Below are positions 38,838 through 50,750 of a DNA stretch of 64,000 nucleotides, piece by piece. The stretch's first letter is position 1. Each line of letters begins with the position of its first letter. Location of the stretch: NCBI GenBank assembly GCA_016699105.1, contig CP064960.1, positions 264,727 through 328,726 on the forward strand. Reading direction: 5' to 3'. The notes below the pieces were generated by a model. It was given only the letters and a program-made list of their open reading frames with translations. It was not told the DNA's origin and did no database searches. The position numbers and the translations under genes are program-made. The stretch comes from a bacterium. GTDB taxonomy: Bacteria > Patescibacteriota > Saccharimonadia > UBA4664.

Positions 38838-38851
38838 AGTAGGGGGCTGGT

Positions 38852-39289
38852 CTAGATGACCGGCTTGACTTTGATTTTCTTGACCTTGTCTTGGGCGACC
38901 TTGGGGATGGTAACTGTCAGTACGCCGTCCTTGAGGGAAGCGGCCGCCTTTTCGGCAATCGTCGAAGTCGGTAAGATGACTGAGCGGCTAAAAGCACCCC
39001 AGTAGCATTCTTGGACGTAGTAGTGCTCGCGGTCGACTTCGCGGTTTTCGACACGCTCGCCCCGGATGGTGACGACGTCTTCGGCGACCTCGATATCAAT
39101 TTTGTCGGGAGTCACACCGGCGATAGGGGCTTTGATAACAACGTTTTCTTTGGTCTGATAAACGTCGACCGCGAGCTGACCCTCGGCTTCGGCCATCCAA
39201 TCGTCTTCACCCTCCATCGGGGCGTCGAGGAAGTCGTCTTGAAGGACGTTGTCTTGTGGTTCGGGGGCGGATTTCTTGCCTGGCATCAC
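38852..39289 (-). CDS. hsp20: Hsp20/alpha-crystallin family small heat-shock protein
   Basis: 'DVYQTKENVVIKAPIAGVTPDKIDIEV...LKDGVLTVTIPK' alpha-crystallin domain; 145 aa. Confidence 0.85.
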   Translation of the reverse strand: MMPGKKSAPEPQDNVLQDDFLDAPMEGEDDWMAEAEGQLAVDVYQTKENVVIKAPIAGVTPDKIDIEVAEDVVTIRGERVENREVDREHYYVQECYWGAFSRSVILPTSTIAEKAAASLKDGVLTVTIPKVAQDKVKKIKVKPVI

Positions 39290-39397
39290 GGCGGGGGGTT
39301 CTCCAAAAATTACTTAGGCTACAAATATGTAGGCGCTGAGTGCGTCTTTGCATTATTATAGTAGGAATCTAAGGGAAAAAGCAAGGTATCTCAAGGT

Positions 39398-40066
39398 ATG
39401 CTCGGTCAGTTGATGAGATTATTGGTGCCGTTGGCCTGCGCTGGTTGCCAGCGTGAGGGTTCGGTGTTGTGTCAGCAGTGTGGTGCGCAGTATCGCTTGA
39501 TGACTCAACAGTGTGGTGGCTGCGGTGTGGCGTCACGGCACGGCCGAACGTGCGAACGTTGCCAAAAGTCGGCTGGCAGTGGCGTACATCAATTGAGGGG
39601 GGTTGGTGTGGCATTGCGCTACGACGGCCCGGTTAAGCAGGCAGTGCTCGACTTGAAATTCAAAGGCCAGCGCTGGGCGGCTGACGATCTAGCTAGTTGG
39701 TATCAGGACTTGATACCGGCAGAGGCATTTGACGTGGTTACGTGTGTACCGATTAGCCCGGAACGCTATCGAGAACGGGGGTATAATCAGAGTGAATTGT
39801 TGGCAAAGGCGGTGGCGCGGCAATTGCATATCCCCTATCGCTCGTGCTTGGGACGTTATTCTAATAGCCATCAGCTGGGACTAGGTCGAACGGACCGATT
39901 GAAACAAGTCGCAGGTGTGTTTTACTCGACGATTCAGAGACCACCCAAGCGAGTGCTGATTGTGGACGATGTGGTGACTACTGGCGCCACGCTCAATGAA
40001 TGCGCCAGGCTGTTGCGGGCGAGCGGCGCGACAGAGGTGTGGGGCTTGGCTTTGGCCCGGCATTAA
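39398..40066 (+). CDS. comFC: ComF family protein (ComFC-type phosphoribosyltransferase with N-terminal double zinc ribbon)
   Basis: Cys pairs 'CAGCQ...CQQCG...CGGCG...CERCQ'; PRTase motif 'VLIVDDVVTTGATLNECA'. Confidence 0.75.
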   Translation: MLGQLMRLLVPLACAGCQREGSVLCQQCGAQYRLMTQQCGGCGVASRHGRTCERCQKSAGSGVHQLRGVGVALRYDGPVKQAVLDLKFKGQRWAADDLASWYQDLIPAEAFDVVTCVPISPERYRERGYNQSELLAKAVARQLHIPYRSCLGRYSNSHQLGLGRTDRLKQVAGVFYSTIQRPPKRVLIVDDVVTTGATLNECARLLRASGATEVWGLALARH

Positions 40067-40088
40067 TGCTATGATGTCAACGTTTTCT

Positions 40089-40178
40089 GGAGAGGTACCC
40101 AAGAGGCTGAAGGGCGGGTTTGCTAAACCTGTAGGGGGCGTAAGCTCTCGCGAGAGTTCGAATCTCTCCTCTCCGCCA
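40089..40178 (+). tRNA. tRNA-Ser (anticodon GCT)
   Basis: Manual fold: acceptor GGAGAGG/CCTCTCC, anticodon stem CGGGT/ACCTG with loop TTGCTAA, long variable arm, T-loop TTCGAAT, 3' CCA encoded. Confidence 0.85.
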
Positions 40179-40400
40179 GGAATTATTGATTTTGTCTGAA
40201 AATACGCGGCCGTTTTCGGAAGCAATATAGTGCAAAAATGGCCGAGATTCTATAAGCGGGGAACTTGCCAAGGTTTTCAGTACCTGAAAGCTCAATAGCG
40301 TTTTTGAGCGCTCGGGTAGTGCCACCGCAACGCACTGGCTGTGCGTTGCGGTGGGTGGTGACGGGTTGTTTCGGTCGGTACATGTTTTCCTTTGATCGAG

Positions 40401-41282
40401 TCAGACCTCGTAGCCCAATGCCAGGAGTCTGAGTACTGTGAAGGCGAATCCCCGTCTCACCCAGATGATTTCTGGGGTTGCGTCCACCATTCTCTCGGAA
40501 TGCGCCCAGGTGGCACTGATCACACTCGGATACTTGCCCGCGATGTCTGCGGGATCAGCCGTCATGATCATGTCGAGTAGCAGGCTACCATTCTGACCAG
40601 ACTGACCAGTGCCGTCTGTCCAATGGTTGAGGTGACCCGAGAACATCCAGAACTTCTGGACGATGTCCGCGGGGTTCATGTTGGCGGCTGTCGCGAGATC
40701 GGTCAGCCGCACCCAGCCGAGATTGCTGCGCCGGCGTTCACGAGGCTTGCGAACATTGGGCTTCTGGCCGGATTCGAAAGCCTGGCGGACGTAATTGATA
40801 CGCGGGATCGGCACTGTCCGGCCAAGTTCGCTCTGGTGGATCTGTCGGGCGCAACTCAGGCGCAGCCTGCCAGATTGGCGGCCGACGCCTGGCGCTACAA
40901 CCACTTCACTGCCATCTGCCGTTACACACCCGAAGGGTTCGGGGTTTATGAACAGTGTGCGAGTGGCACTGTGCTTGTCGATGTACCACAGCTCCCTCAA
41001 CTCATCGGTGACCCCGATGATCGAGTTCTTGCAGTAGGGCGTCTCCATGACCCATAGGCCGTTGGGGACGACGTGCGGGGTTTGAATCAGTGTGACATCA
41101 GACTTCCGGTACCGCCATCCCTGGGTCTGGTAATCCCAGTACATTGTCGCTCCGGGGCGGACAACCCATTCGTGATCGACGTAAGTACGTCCCTTGAGTG
41201 AGTTCGTCATCAGAATCAACTCCATGCGGTAAGCCGGATACCAAGTGAAACTACCGCCATCCCACCTGGCTTGTGTTGTCAA
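40401..41282 (-). CDS. hypothetical protein
   Basis: 293-aa ORF; no recognisable motifs; first gene 3' of tRNA-Ser. Confidence 0.3.
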   Translation of the reverse strand: MTTQARWDGGSFTWYPAYRMELILMTNSLKGRTYVDHEWVVRPGATMYWDYQTQGWRYRKSDVTLIQTPHVVPNGLWVMETPYCKNSIIGVTDELRELWYIDKHSATRTLFINPEPFGCVTADGSEVVVAPGVGRQSGRLRLSCARQIHQSELGRTVPIPRINYVRQAFESGQKPNVRKPRERRRSNLGWVRLTDLATAANMNPADIVQKFWMFSGHLNHWTDGTGQSGQNGSLLLDMIMTADPADIAGKYPSVISATWAHSERMVDATPEIIWVRRGFAFTVLRLLALGYEV

Positions 41283-41370
41283 AAAGCTGTTATATTTTAA
41301 ACTAATTAGTTATAATTGTCAAATCTTGCGGTAAGATTTGAATGATCATGTGTGCTACCATTGAAACACG

Positions 41371-43278
41371 ATGTGGGCTGTGGTGCTGCAAATATTGGCG
41401 GTAGCTGTCGGTTGGCAAGTGGTTCGCCAATTGCCAGTGACTTGGCGAAGATTGGAAGCGGCTGCTGCTAGTGTGGCTGTCGGTTTTGCGTTGTGTGCCT
41501 GGGTGTTTTTCGCCGGGGCGATAACGGTGGGCTGGAATCTGACGATGGCCGTAGTGCCCGCATTGCTGGTGCTGGCGGTGGGCGTGAGCTGGTGGCGGCT
41601 TCCGGCGCGCTGTCAGGTGACGAGTACGCCCTACACCCACAGTCGCTGGGGTATGGTCGTGAGCTGGTTGGTGGTTGTGCCAGTGACGGCTTGGCTGATG
41701 TGGCTGACGGCCGAAAGTTATCAGTTTCCGGCAGCCAATGGCGCCTGGTACGCAAATGGCAATGTCTGGGGGGATGCGCCCTTACATGTGAGTCTGGTAA
41801 ACCAGTTTGCTATCGGTGACAAACTTGATCTGGTATCGCCGGTATATAAGCAAGTCGCACTCACCTACCCGATTATGAGTGATCTATGGTCGGCGGTGAG
41901 CCGGCGGCTGGGCGGCGATTGGGTGGTGAGATTGATGTTGCCCTCGGCGGTTATGTTGTTGGCATTGCTACAGCTATTATTTAGCTTTGCATATCGCCTA
42001 CTTGGATCGGCACGGGGGGCAGGCTTGAGCTGGCTCATGATTGTATTTTCGGGCTCGGCGTTGAGTGGCTGGCGGGTTGGTGGTGTCTTGGTGACTCAAG
42101 GCTATGAAGCCTTTTTGGTTGAGATTCGGCATATTGGCGATAATTATCTCAACTTTATTTACTCTCATCCCCTGCCCCAACGGGCGTATTTGTTTGGTAT
42201 GCCGTTGTTTATTGTGGTGATGACAGTCGCTCTGGAGCTATGGCGGCAGCGGAAACAGCGGGCTGCCCATGCGCGGGCAATTGGTGCGGTGGTGGCAGGT
42301 GTCATTTTGGGCTTAATGCCATTGGTGCACACTCATAGCTTCATGGTGAGTGCGGGAGCGTTTGTGCTGGCTACTGGGGCAATGTGGTGGGCCAGGCGAC
42401 GGGTGCCTGCTGGCTGGTGGCAGATGATAATTGTGGGATTTGGACTGGCCTTGCCGCAGATTTGGTGGCAATTTAGTACCACCTACCACGGTGGGTTTAG
42501 CCGCTGGATCTGGGGTTGGAAAATGGCTGATTTTTATCCTGATCCGACGGCGAACTGGTGGCTGTTTTGGATAGTAAATACCGGATGGCTGTTTGTGGTC
42601 CTGCTGGGTGGATGGTGGTGGCTGCGCCGGCAGCGGGCAAAGGCTGAGCTGTGGATTGTGTATGCGGCGGCAGTAGGCATATTTGCGGTGTGTAACGTGT
42701 ATGTGTTTCAGCCGAGTATGTGGGACAACATGAAGTTTTTCGAATATGCTTTTTGGCTTATTATGATTGTGGCGGCCGGAATTATGGCGCCGTGGCTGAA
42801 AGCGTGGGTGGGTCGGATGATTGTCGGTGGTCTCATGTTAAGCTTAACCATTATGGGTTTTTGCTTGCTGTTTTTGGCGGCACCCCGGCAAACCTATGAG
42901 TTGTTGAGTGCCGATGAAGTGACATTTGGCCAGCATATGCAACGTGATCTACCCGAGAATGCCTATGTGCTCGTCGGAGACCGGCATAATCACCCTATAA
43001 CCATGCTGGCTGACCGCAAGGTATTGATGACGTTTGCTGGCTGGTATAACTTGTACGATGGCAATTGGATTCAAACCTACACTGACCGTGGGATAATGTT
43101 GCGCGGCGAAAGTGGTGCCGAAGATTTGATCGCCACGTATGGGCTAAACTTTGTGGTATTTAGTGACGGCGAGATCTGGTCTAATCAGGTGAATCAACAG
43201 TTTTTTGCTGACCGCTACCGGTTGTTTGCCAATGAAGGGGGTTGGTGGGTGTACGACTTGCGGCCAGCGATTCAATGA
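41371..43278 (+). CDS. polytopic membrane protein, probable GT-C-type (polyprenyl-phosphate-sugar dependent) glycosyltransferase
   Basis: 635 aa with at least 12 predicted TM helices. Immediately followed by, and overlapping, a Ppm1/DPM1-like GT2 gene, as in the Ppm1-PMT pairing. Confidence 0.45.
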   Translation: MWAVVLQILAVAVGWQVVRQLPVTWRRLEAAAASVAVGFALCAWVFFAGAITVGWNLTMAVVPALLVLAVGVSWWRLPARCQVTSTPYTHSRWGMVVSWLVVVPVTAWLMWLTAESYQFPAANGAWYANGNVWGDAPLHVSLVNQFAIGDKLDLVSPVYKQVALTYPIMSDLWSAVSRRLGGDWVVRLMLPSAVMLLALLQLLFSFAYRLLGSARGAGLSWLMIVFSGSALSGWRVGGVLVTQGYEAFLVEIRHIGDNYLNFIYSHPLPQRAYLFGMPLFIVVMTVALELWRQRKQRAAHARAIGAVVAGVILGLMPLVHTHSFMVSAGAFVLATGAMWWARRRVPAGWWQMIIVGFGLALPQIWWQFSTTYHGGFSRWIWGWKMADFYPDPTANWWLFWIVNTGWLFVVLLGGWWWLRRQRAKAELWIVYAAAVGIFAVCNVYVFQPSMWDNMKFFEYAFWLIMIVAAGIMAPWLKAWVGRMIVGGLMLSLTIMGFCLLFLAAPRQTYELLSADEVTFGQHMQRDLPENAYVLVGDRHNHPITMLADRKVLMTFAGWYNLYDGNWIQTYTDRGIMLRGESGAEDLIATYGLNFVVFSDGEIWSNQVNQQFFADRYRLFANEGGWWVYDLRPAIQ

Positions 43279-44012
43279 CAGCTAGCCACAAACCTGAGCT
43301 TGATGTCGTATGCGTAGTACCGGTATATAACGAAGCTATCGTGCTGGCCGAAGCTATTGGTATGTTGGTACACGGTCTGGAGGCAATTCCTGGCATCGGC
43401 ACCTGGAAGATCGTCATTGCCAGCAACGGATGTACTGACAGAACTGATGAAGTCGGTCGTGAACTGGAAAATACCTATAACGGGAATGTGAAGCTGATCG
43501 TGTGCCAATCCAGGGGTCGGGGTTTGGCTTTGCGCGAGGTGTTGGCAGACGTGAAAGCTAAGCATTACATGTACATTGATGTTGATTTGCCCTGCGAAGT
43601 CACCGATTTGGCGGTGGTGTTGGCGCCGTTACACTATGGTGCCGATCTAGTGGTTAGTCACCGGACTGGCTACCGGCCGTGGCACCGGCGCTTGATGACA
43701 TTGGGTCTACGCTCGCTCAACCAGCTGGTATTTGGAGTGCGAGTAAGTGATTCCCAGTGCGCGGTCAAAGCCTTGAGCCCCAAGGCTGTCAAAATATTGG
43801 TCGATGAATGCCGGCAACCGGGTTGGTTTCTCGATACTGAGCTGGTAGTACTAACGCGAACCCTTCAGTTGGAAGTGGCCGAAGTACCGATACATTGGGT
43901 CGAAAAGCGCTTCAAGCAACGTGAGAGTAAGGTAGACAATTGGCGTGACAGCTGGCGGGCGCTCAAGGCGTTGCGTCAGATTCGGAACCGGCAGCGCAGT
44001 CAGCAGACCTAA
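43242..44012 (+). CDS. GT2-family polyprenyl-phosphate glycosyltransferase (DPM1/Ppm1-like)
   Basis: 'VVCVVPVYNEAIVL' N-terminal GT2 signature; 'IDVDL' DxD-like motif; 256 aa. Confidence 0.7.
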   Translation: MVGVRLAASDSMTASHKPELDVVCVVPVYNEAIVLAEAIGMLVHGLEAIPGIGTWKIVIASNGCTDRTDEVGRELENTYNGNVKLIVCQSRGRGLALREVLADVKAKHYMYIDVDLPCEVTDLAVVLAPLHYGADLVVSHRTGYRPWHRRLMTLGLRSLNQLVFGVRVSDSQCAVKALSPKAVKILVDECRQPGWFLDTELVVLTRTLQLEVAEVPIHWVEKRFKQRESKVDNWRDSWRALKALRQIRNRQRSQQT

Positions 44013-44022
44013 CCGAGAATAT

Positions 44023-45308
44023 TTAAGCTGTAGGCAATTTACTCCAACTGTGATGGCGCGGGCGCAAGGCGATCGTCCAGTTTGAGTCTAAGTGTTCGTA
44101 GGGCGGTCTCACTGGATAGTTTCTTTTGTCGCTGGTACCTTCCCAGAGGTCTTCGGGTAAGCCGCCGTTTTGGACAAGAAGCTGATGTATGAGCTCTCGA
44201 ATCATAACCGGATTCTCTTGTAGCTCAGACTCTAATTCACCGGCGACCGATTCCGGTATGAGAATACGACTATGTAAGAAATTGCCAAGTCGACCGTCAC
44301 TGCATTTATACCCAATTTCGCTGGCGACTTCACTAGTTGGCCTGAAATGATAGTCAAGATAGACACCAGGTTCTGTGTTGCCGGTTTTGGGGTTAACAGC
44401 TTCTATGGGTTTTTGACCCGTCACGACTGTATTATAAACAATTTGCTTTCGTCCGAATAATCCGCCTAATCCGCCGGCTCGCACTTTTTTAGTTGTAGTT
44501 TCGGTGATATCCTCGGTGGCCATCGTGAAAAGTACGGCTTCTGCAGGAGGAGACGGTAGTTCACGGCTAACACGATTGAATGTGTTGAGGAGATTTAGCC
44601 GAATTGCCCGTTCGTTTGCTAAACCGCCAAAATTTTGAAAGCCAACATTGGTACGTCTGGACTGCGAACCTTCGCTCATGTTCAACTCAACGCCACCAAC
44701 CATATCGGTATTTATGAGTGTGTAGTCTTTGGCTGCAATTACTGTCTCGTTGATTATGGCGCTGTCGGTATACTTTATGGTCTCAGGTGTAGCTGGTAAT
44801 GGTGCTTCGTATAGGAATTCGCGGGCGGCATCAACTCTATCCGCTTGTTCAACCTGAGCATTGGCTGTGTTTTTTTCAGCTTGAAGCCTCTGAAAGTGAG
44901 CTGTTATTAGACTATACATAGTACGTTGTATGCGTGAACGTTCTGTCAGCAGGTTGTGTAGTTCTAGAGAAATATCGGATGGCTTATGGATAGCAGACAA
45001 ATCACCAAAAGGTATATTTTGTTTGTCATGAAAATCGCTTGGACCCCCGGGTATTAAGGAGCCCAGATAATCTTGCAAACATGATTTTACCTGCAGTTTA
45101 AATTTTCAAATTGTAGCCGCGTTGTATTTGGCGGTAAGTCGAACGCTTTTAGTGCTGCTGGAGTAATTGAACCGAGCTCAGTTTGAGCCAGCCAGATGTC
45201 GTCGACTGTAATCGGATCCATCGATTGCTGTCGAGTTCGTAAATCATTATCCGTGCCCGACGCGAGATATGAATTTAGACTATCTTGCCAATCTGCTTGA
45301 GCTTCCAT
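44023..45308 (-). CDS. hypothetical protein (351-aa ORF plus upstream 73-aa ORF, possibly one frameshifted gene extending towards ~45600)
   Basis: ORFs 44023..45078 and 45087..45308 lie on the same strand 9 bp apart. The upstream reading frame stays open without an ATG. No known motifs. Confidence 0.3.
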
Positions 45309-45618
45309 AACTTCAACAAACGGTCGTTCGTTCTCCAGAATATCGGGTTTTGGCTGATAGATTCCGCCTTCACGGGTGTGGGTCGCCGCGATGATATGTT
45401 GGGTAGTGAGCTGACGTAAGAGGTTCAGACCGGGGTAGCGTCTATCGTGGCTTGCTTTTCGGCATCATCGACTTCTCCCCCGCTTCACTCGTGAGCGCTA
45501 TGTTCTGCTGAACGCCATCTTGGAGTCGGTTGGCAATTAATGCATAGTCAACTTGAGGTTGTGGATTTTTTTTCGGTTTGCTCGTGTTCAGGATTATGAT
45601 TCAAGTTAAGCCTGTAGT

Positions 45619-47125
<1,507 letters not shown>

Positions 47126-47129
<4 letters not shown>

Positions 47130-47728
47130 GCATTTAGCTTAGCATGGAGAGGCTTTCGATTGGGTGAGCCAAGGATACTATATGCTAATACGATATTGAT
47201 TATCACGAGATACGCTGGAAAAGCGAACGCCGAAAATGTCCACGCAGTTATCGCGGTAAAGCCAGTCAAAGCGTTAAAAGTTGATAACACAAACGGTGTG
47301 GCGGACTCGGTATGAGGGTGATACCAAGCTTTAATTATGGTTGGAGCAGCGGCTAAAGCGTCGCTAGCAATCGCAAAAATAATAGCAACTTCAGGGTTTT
47401 TAGTTATGCCCCAGAGTACGAGCGCCAATACTGCTAGGAGTCCACAACTATAGTCTAGTCGTCCAAGTTTCCAATATGCTTGGCGATCGATAAATGAGGC
47501 CAATAGCACTAATAATGGACCAAAGCCAGATATAAATACCGGTAATACAGCCCAAGTGACACCATTTGAAATTGCAGCAAAGGTTGCAATGAGAGGGGCT
47601 ACTGACCACAAAAGCCAGGTCATTCGATTAGGCCTGGTTTGTCCCCGTAATGTATCGCGGATGTAGATGGAGATGGCCGCGAGCTGGATAATTGCTCCGA
47701 TGATCACCAATATTGGACCATAGATCAT
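47126..47728 (-). CDS. hypothetical membrane protein (5-6 TM helices)
   Basis: 200 aa, strongly hydrophobic. Confidence 0.3.
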
Positions 47729-47767
47729 GGCTTTTCCTTATTTGCGAGTTGTAAGTAAATAATTCCT

Positions 47768-47855
47768 TGGCGGAGGGTGGGATTCGAACCCACGGAACCC
47801 TTGCGGGCTCTCCTGTTTTCAAGACAGGTGCACTCGGCCACTATGCGACCCCTCC
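47768..47855 (-). tRNA. tRNA-Ser (anticodon TGA)
   Basis: The reverse complement folds as acceptor GGAGGGG, anticodon stem CCTGT/ACAGG with loop CTTGAAA, long variable arm, T-loop TTCGAAT, CCA. Confidence 0.85.
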
Positions 47856-47901
47856 AGGTCTAATATGCAGGCTCGCTCCATAGTGTACACTCCTCGGGTA
47901 G

Positions 47902-48528
47902 TTGCCGCCAAGAGTGAGATGGCGCATAATGACAAGCACAAGAGGTACACAAATGCCAGAGTTTTTGGGTAAGGCCGTACAAGAGACGCAAATTTCACCG
48001 GTGGAACCGGAGCCATTGACTGCGCCGGATGACGAAATGACGGCAGAGCAGCTGGAGTATCTGAGATCACATGAAGCAGTTTTCAAATGGCAGGCATCGG
48101 AGTTCGTTCATCACCGTAAAAGTATCGTCTGGTACGGTGTTCTTGCTTTGATAGCAGTTGGGTTACTGGCAGTGGCAATTTGGCTCCATTATTGGCTAGA
48201 GATTGGCCTAATTAGCGTGATGGTGGTGGCAATTATTGTATATGCACGAAAACCACCCAGAACTCTAGCTTACGAGGTGTCGCCACAGGGAATTACTATA
48301 GACGGTAAATTGCACTCATATGATGTGTTTCGGTCTTTTGGAGTGTTACCTGATCAGTCTTGGCATACGATTGACCTAGAGCCGGCGCAGCGATTGATGC
48401 CCCGGATGGCTATACTATTTGATGAGCAAGATTTTGATCAGATAATTGGTCATTTGGAGCTGCATTTACCACGAGTAGACCGAATGCCGGATTTGATCGA
48501 GCGTGTTACTCGGCTCGTGCGGTTTTAA
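47902..48528 (+). CDS. hypothetical membrane protein (possible bacterial PH-domain protein)
   Basis: Two adjacent TM helices followed by a ~100-aa soluble domain. Confidence 0.3.
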   Translation: MPPRVRWRIMTSTRGTQMPEFLGKAVQETQISPVEPEPLTAPDDEMTAEQLEYLRSHEAVFKWQASEFVHHRKSIVWYGVLALIAVGLLAVAIWLHYWLEIGLISVMVVAIIVYARKPPRTLAYEVSPQGITIDGKLHSYDVFRSFGVLPDQSWHTIDLEPAQRLMPRMAILFDEQDFDQIIGHLELHLPRVDRMPDLIERVTRLVRF

Positions 48529-48573
48529 GCTTGGTCTTTGAAGCTGAATGTGGTACAGTATTCAGGTTCATAA

Positions 48574-48650
48574 GCGCCTGTAGCTCAGTGGATTAGAGCA
48601 TCAGCTTGCGGTGCTGGGGGTCGCAGGTTCGAATCCTGCCAGGCGCACCA
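48574..48650 (+). tRNA. tRNA-Arg (anticodon read as GCG)
   Basis: Cloverleaf: acceptor GCGCCTG/CAGGCGC, D-arm GCTC..GAGC, anticodon stem TCAGC/GCTGG with loop TTGCGGT, T-arm GCAGG-TTCGAAT-CCTGC, discriminator A, CCA. Position 34 is G where bacterial tRNA-Arg usually has A, so the fold should be verified. Confidence 0.65.
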
Positions 48651-48808
48651 GGAATTATTCTAGCGAAACGGCCATGTAGGTCGTTTTTTGGTCTGACATT
48701 GTGGAAAACAACCGTTGTTTCATACTTAAAAGTATATAGGTTTTGGAACGAAAGAGGTTTGGCGCTTGAGCTGCAGGCGATTTTTGTGCTAATCTGGGCT
48801 AGCTATGG

Positions 48809-48899
<91 letters not shown>

Positions 48900-49047
48900 T
48901 AATTATTTGGGGATATAATCCCCGTTTGTGGCTTGGGAATCGGTTTTGAAATTTTTGGCTAAAATCGTTTTCAAACTTCTTTTGGTTAAAACCGTTCGGC
49001 GGTGATCAAGGGTGCCCGACCGCACTAGCTGTTGTATAGTTTGAACT

Positions 49048-49923
49048 ATGCTACAAGATCCAATTTTAGACCAATTTGTGCGTCAAACTTTTGCTGAAAC
49101 GTTTCAATTTATCAATGGCTATCTGATTAATTATCAAGAATTTAATCAACAGCTCAATAATCGTATCAAGATTAAAGCTGGTGAAAATGAACAATTCGAA
49201 TTTGATGTAGCGTTGGATGAAATATATCTTTCAAGTTTACATGGCCTATCGAAACGAGTGCGCGTCTTCTCGGAAGAGAGCGCTTGGTCGGGTCCAGAAA
49301 CTGCGGATTATACGGTGATTTATGATCCCTTATGCAACAGTTCTTTGGCTGCGCGAACTTTCTTGGATGCAGCGGTTGGCATGACGTTTTTTGATTCACA
49401 GAAACAATGGTTGGCATCGCTTATCATGGATTATCAAACTGGAATATTAGGTGTGGCGCAAGCTAACGGGACGTGTTTTTGGCAGATTCAGTCTGAATCT
49501 ACAGTGTCATTCGAAAGGATGGCGGCGACTGATCTAAGTCAAGCTTGGGTAGTTCTGACGCTCGAAGCGGTCGATGAAAGGCTCCGACGCCATGAAGCGG
49601 ATGAGGTGCTTGATACTGCTAAGCGCGTGATATCGAGTAGCGGACATATTTATTGGTTACGATTAGCAGAAGGCACGATTGATGCCTATGCCGATCCTTT
49701 TGGCGGTGAAGAATTGTACGAGATGTTTGCGTGTATGGTAGCGATTCAAGCTGGTTGTATGGTGACTGATATGACGGGGCAACCTTTTAACCCTGACGAA
49801 ATGCTCGGTAATTTCGAGCATGACCGACATTATCGGTTTTATCCGGTAGCAGCTAGAACCGCTTCATTGCACCAACAGCTGTTGGCGGGATTACGGTCGG
49901 CCGGAAGTAAGTCGGTCGATTAG
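49048..49923 (+). CDS. inositol monophosphatase / FBPase-family phosphatase (tentative)
   Basis: 'FSEESA', 'IYDPLCNSS' (DPIDGT-like) and C-terminal 'MVAIQAGCMVTD' (WDxAAG-like) motifs; 291 aa. Confidence 0.5.
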   Translation: MLQDPILDQFVRQTFAETFQFINGYLINYQEFNQQLNNRIKIKAGENEQFEFDVALDEIYLSSLHGLSKRVRVFSEESAWSGPETADYTVIYDPLCNSSLAARTFLDAAVGMTFFDSQKQWLASLIMDYQTGILGVAQANGTCFWQIQSESTVSFERMAATDLSQAWVVLTLEAVDERLRRHEADEVLDTAKRVISSSGHIYWLRLAEGTIDAYADPFGGEELYEMFACMVAIQAGCMVTDMTGQPFNPDEMLGNFEHDRHYRFYPVAARTASLHQQLLAGLRSAGSKSVD

Positions 49924-50721
49924 TTCGGACTGGGTAGCGGCGCCGTTGAGGTCGTCTAGATCTTGATATACCATCCTGAGAAGTTGGCGGGCTTCGAGGC
50001 TGGCTGGGTTGAGATTCGTGGCCGTGATCAAGAGATCGCGCGCTGATTGAAGACTTGTTTGCGTGTGCAAATCATAGTGAATACGGGCGAGAAGTAGGTT
50101 GCGAACTGGTGATACTGGTTCGTTAGAAAGAATTCTCTGTGTGCTTAAATGAAGCCCGTTGGCGTAGAGAGCAGTTGCTAACGTAATTGGGTCACCTTGA
50201 GCTCTCAAAATGCTTGTGATAGCCTCTGGTGAGCTCACACGGCCTGCTAATGGCCCGCATGCTGGTGCTTGACCCATGACAGCTTGAGCTAAACAAGCTG
50301 TAACGATAGTGGGCTCGGAAGCCAGAGGGTCTATTGTAATTGGTGTAATTGTTTCGACAGCCGCGCTCGGTTGGTTGTCTTCGAGTAAGAGTTGGGCTTT
50401 GAGGGTGACAGTGGTTGGATTGGCGGGTAAAAATTTGAGTTGGTTTAATCCGGTGACTGGATCATGTAGTTTGAGACTAGCCTGGGCAATACTTAGGTGA
50501 GCTTCGGGGTTGTCGTGGTCGAACCATGTGGCAAATCGGTTGAGCAGTAGTTGTTCATCGACTGAAGCGGTTTGGGCAAGGTGGCGCAAGTAAGACGCTT
50601 GCGTCTGCGGGAGGTGCGACCACCACGGCATTGATGTTGCCAACATACCGGCAGCAGCCAATAGCGTCAAAGCACACAAGGTGATAAACGCTGGCAAGCC
50701 TTGAGTCTCGTTATTGGTCAT
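49891..50721 (-). CDS. membrane-anchored TPR-like hypothetical protein
   Basis: N-terminal TM 'AFITLCALTLLAAAGMLA'; C-terminal helical-repeat-like segments. Confidence 0.3.
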   Translation of the reverse strand: MTNNETQGLPAFITLCALTLLAAAGMLATSMPWWSHLPQTQASYLRHLAQTASVDEQLLLNRFATWFDHDNPEAHLSIAQASLKLHDPVTGLNQLKFLPANPTTVTLKAQLLLEDNQPSAAVETITPITIDPLASEPTIVTACLAQAVMGQAPACGPLAGRVSSPEAITSILRAQGDPITLATALYANGLHLSTQRILSNEPVSPVRNLLLARIHYDLHTQTSLQSARDLLITATNLNPASLEARQLLRMVYQDLDDLNGAATQSELIDRLTSGRP

Positions 50722-50750
50722 GCCTGAATCGTAGTTGGTATGATGGCCTC

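Noticed and set aside
40179-41282. Integrase or att site immediately 3' of tRNA-Ser(GCU) that would define the T4SS region as an ICE
   Set aside because: The only ORF there (40401..41282) shows no tyrosine- or serine-recombinase motifs. I could not find a direct repeat of the tRNA 3' end by eye, so no ICE boundary is claimed.
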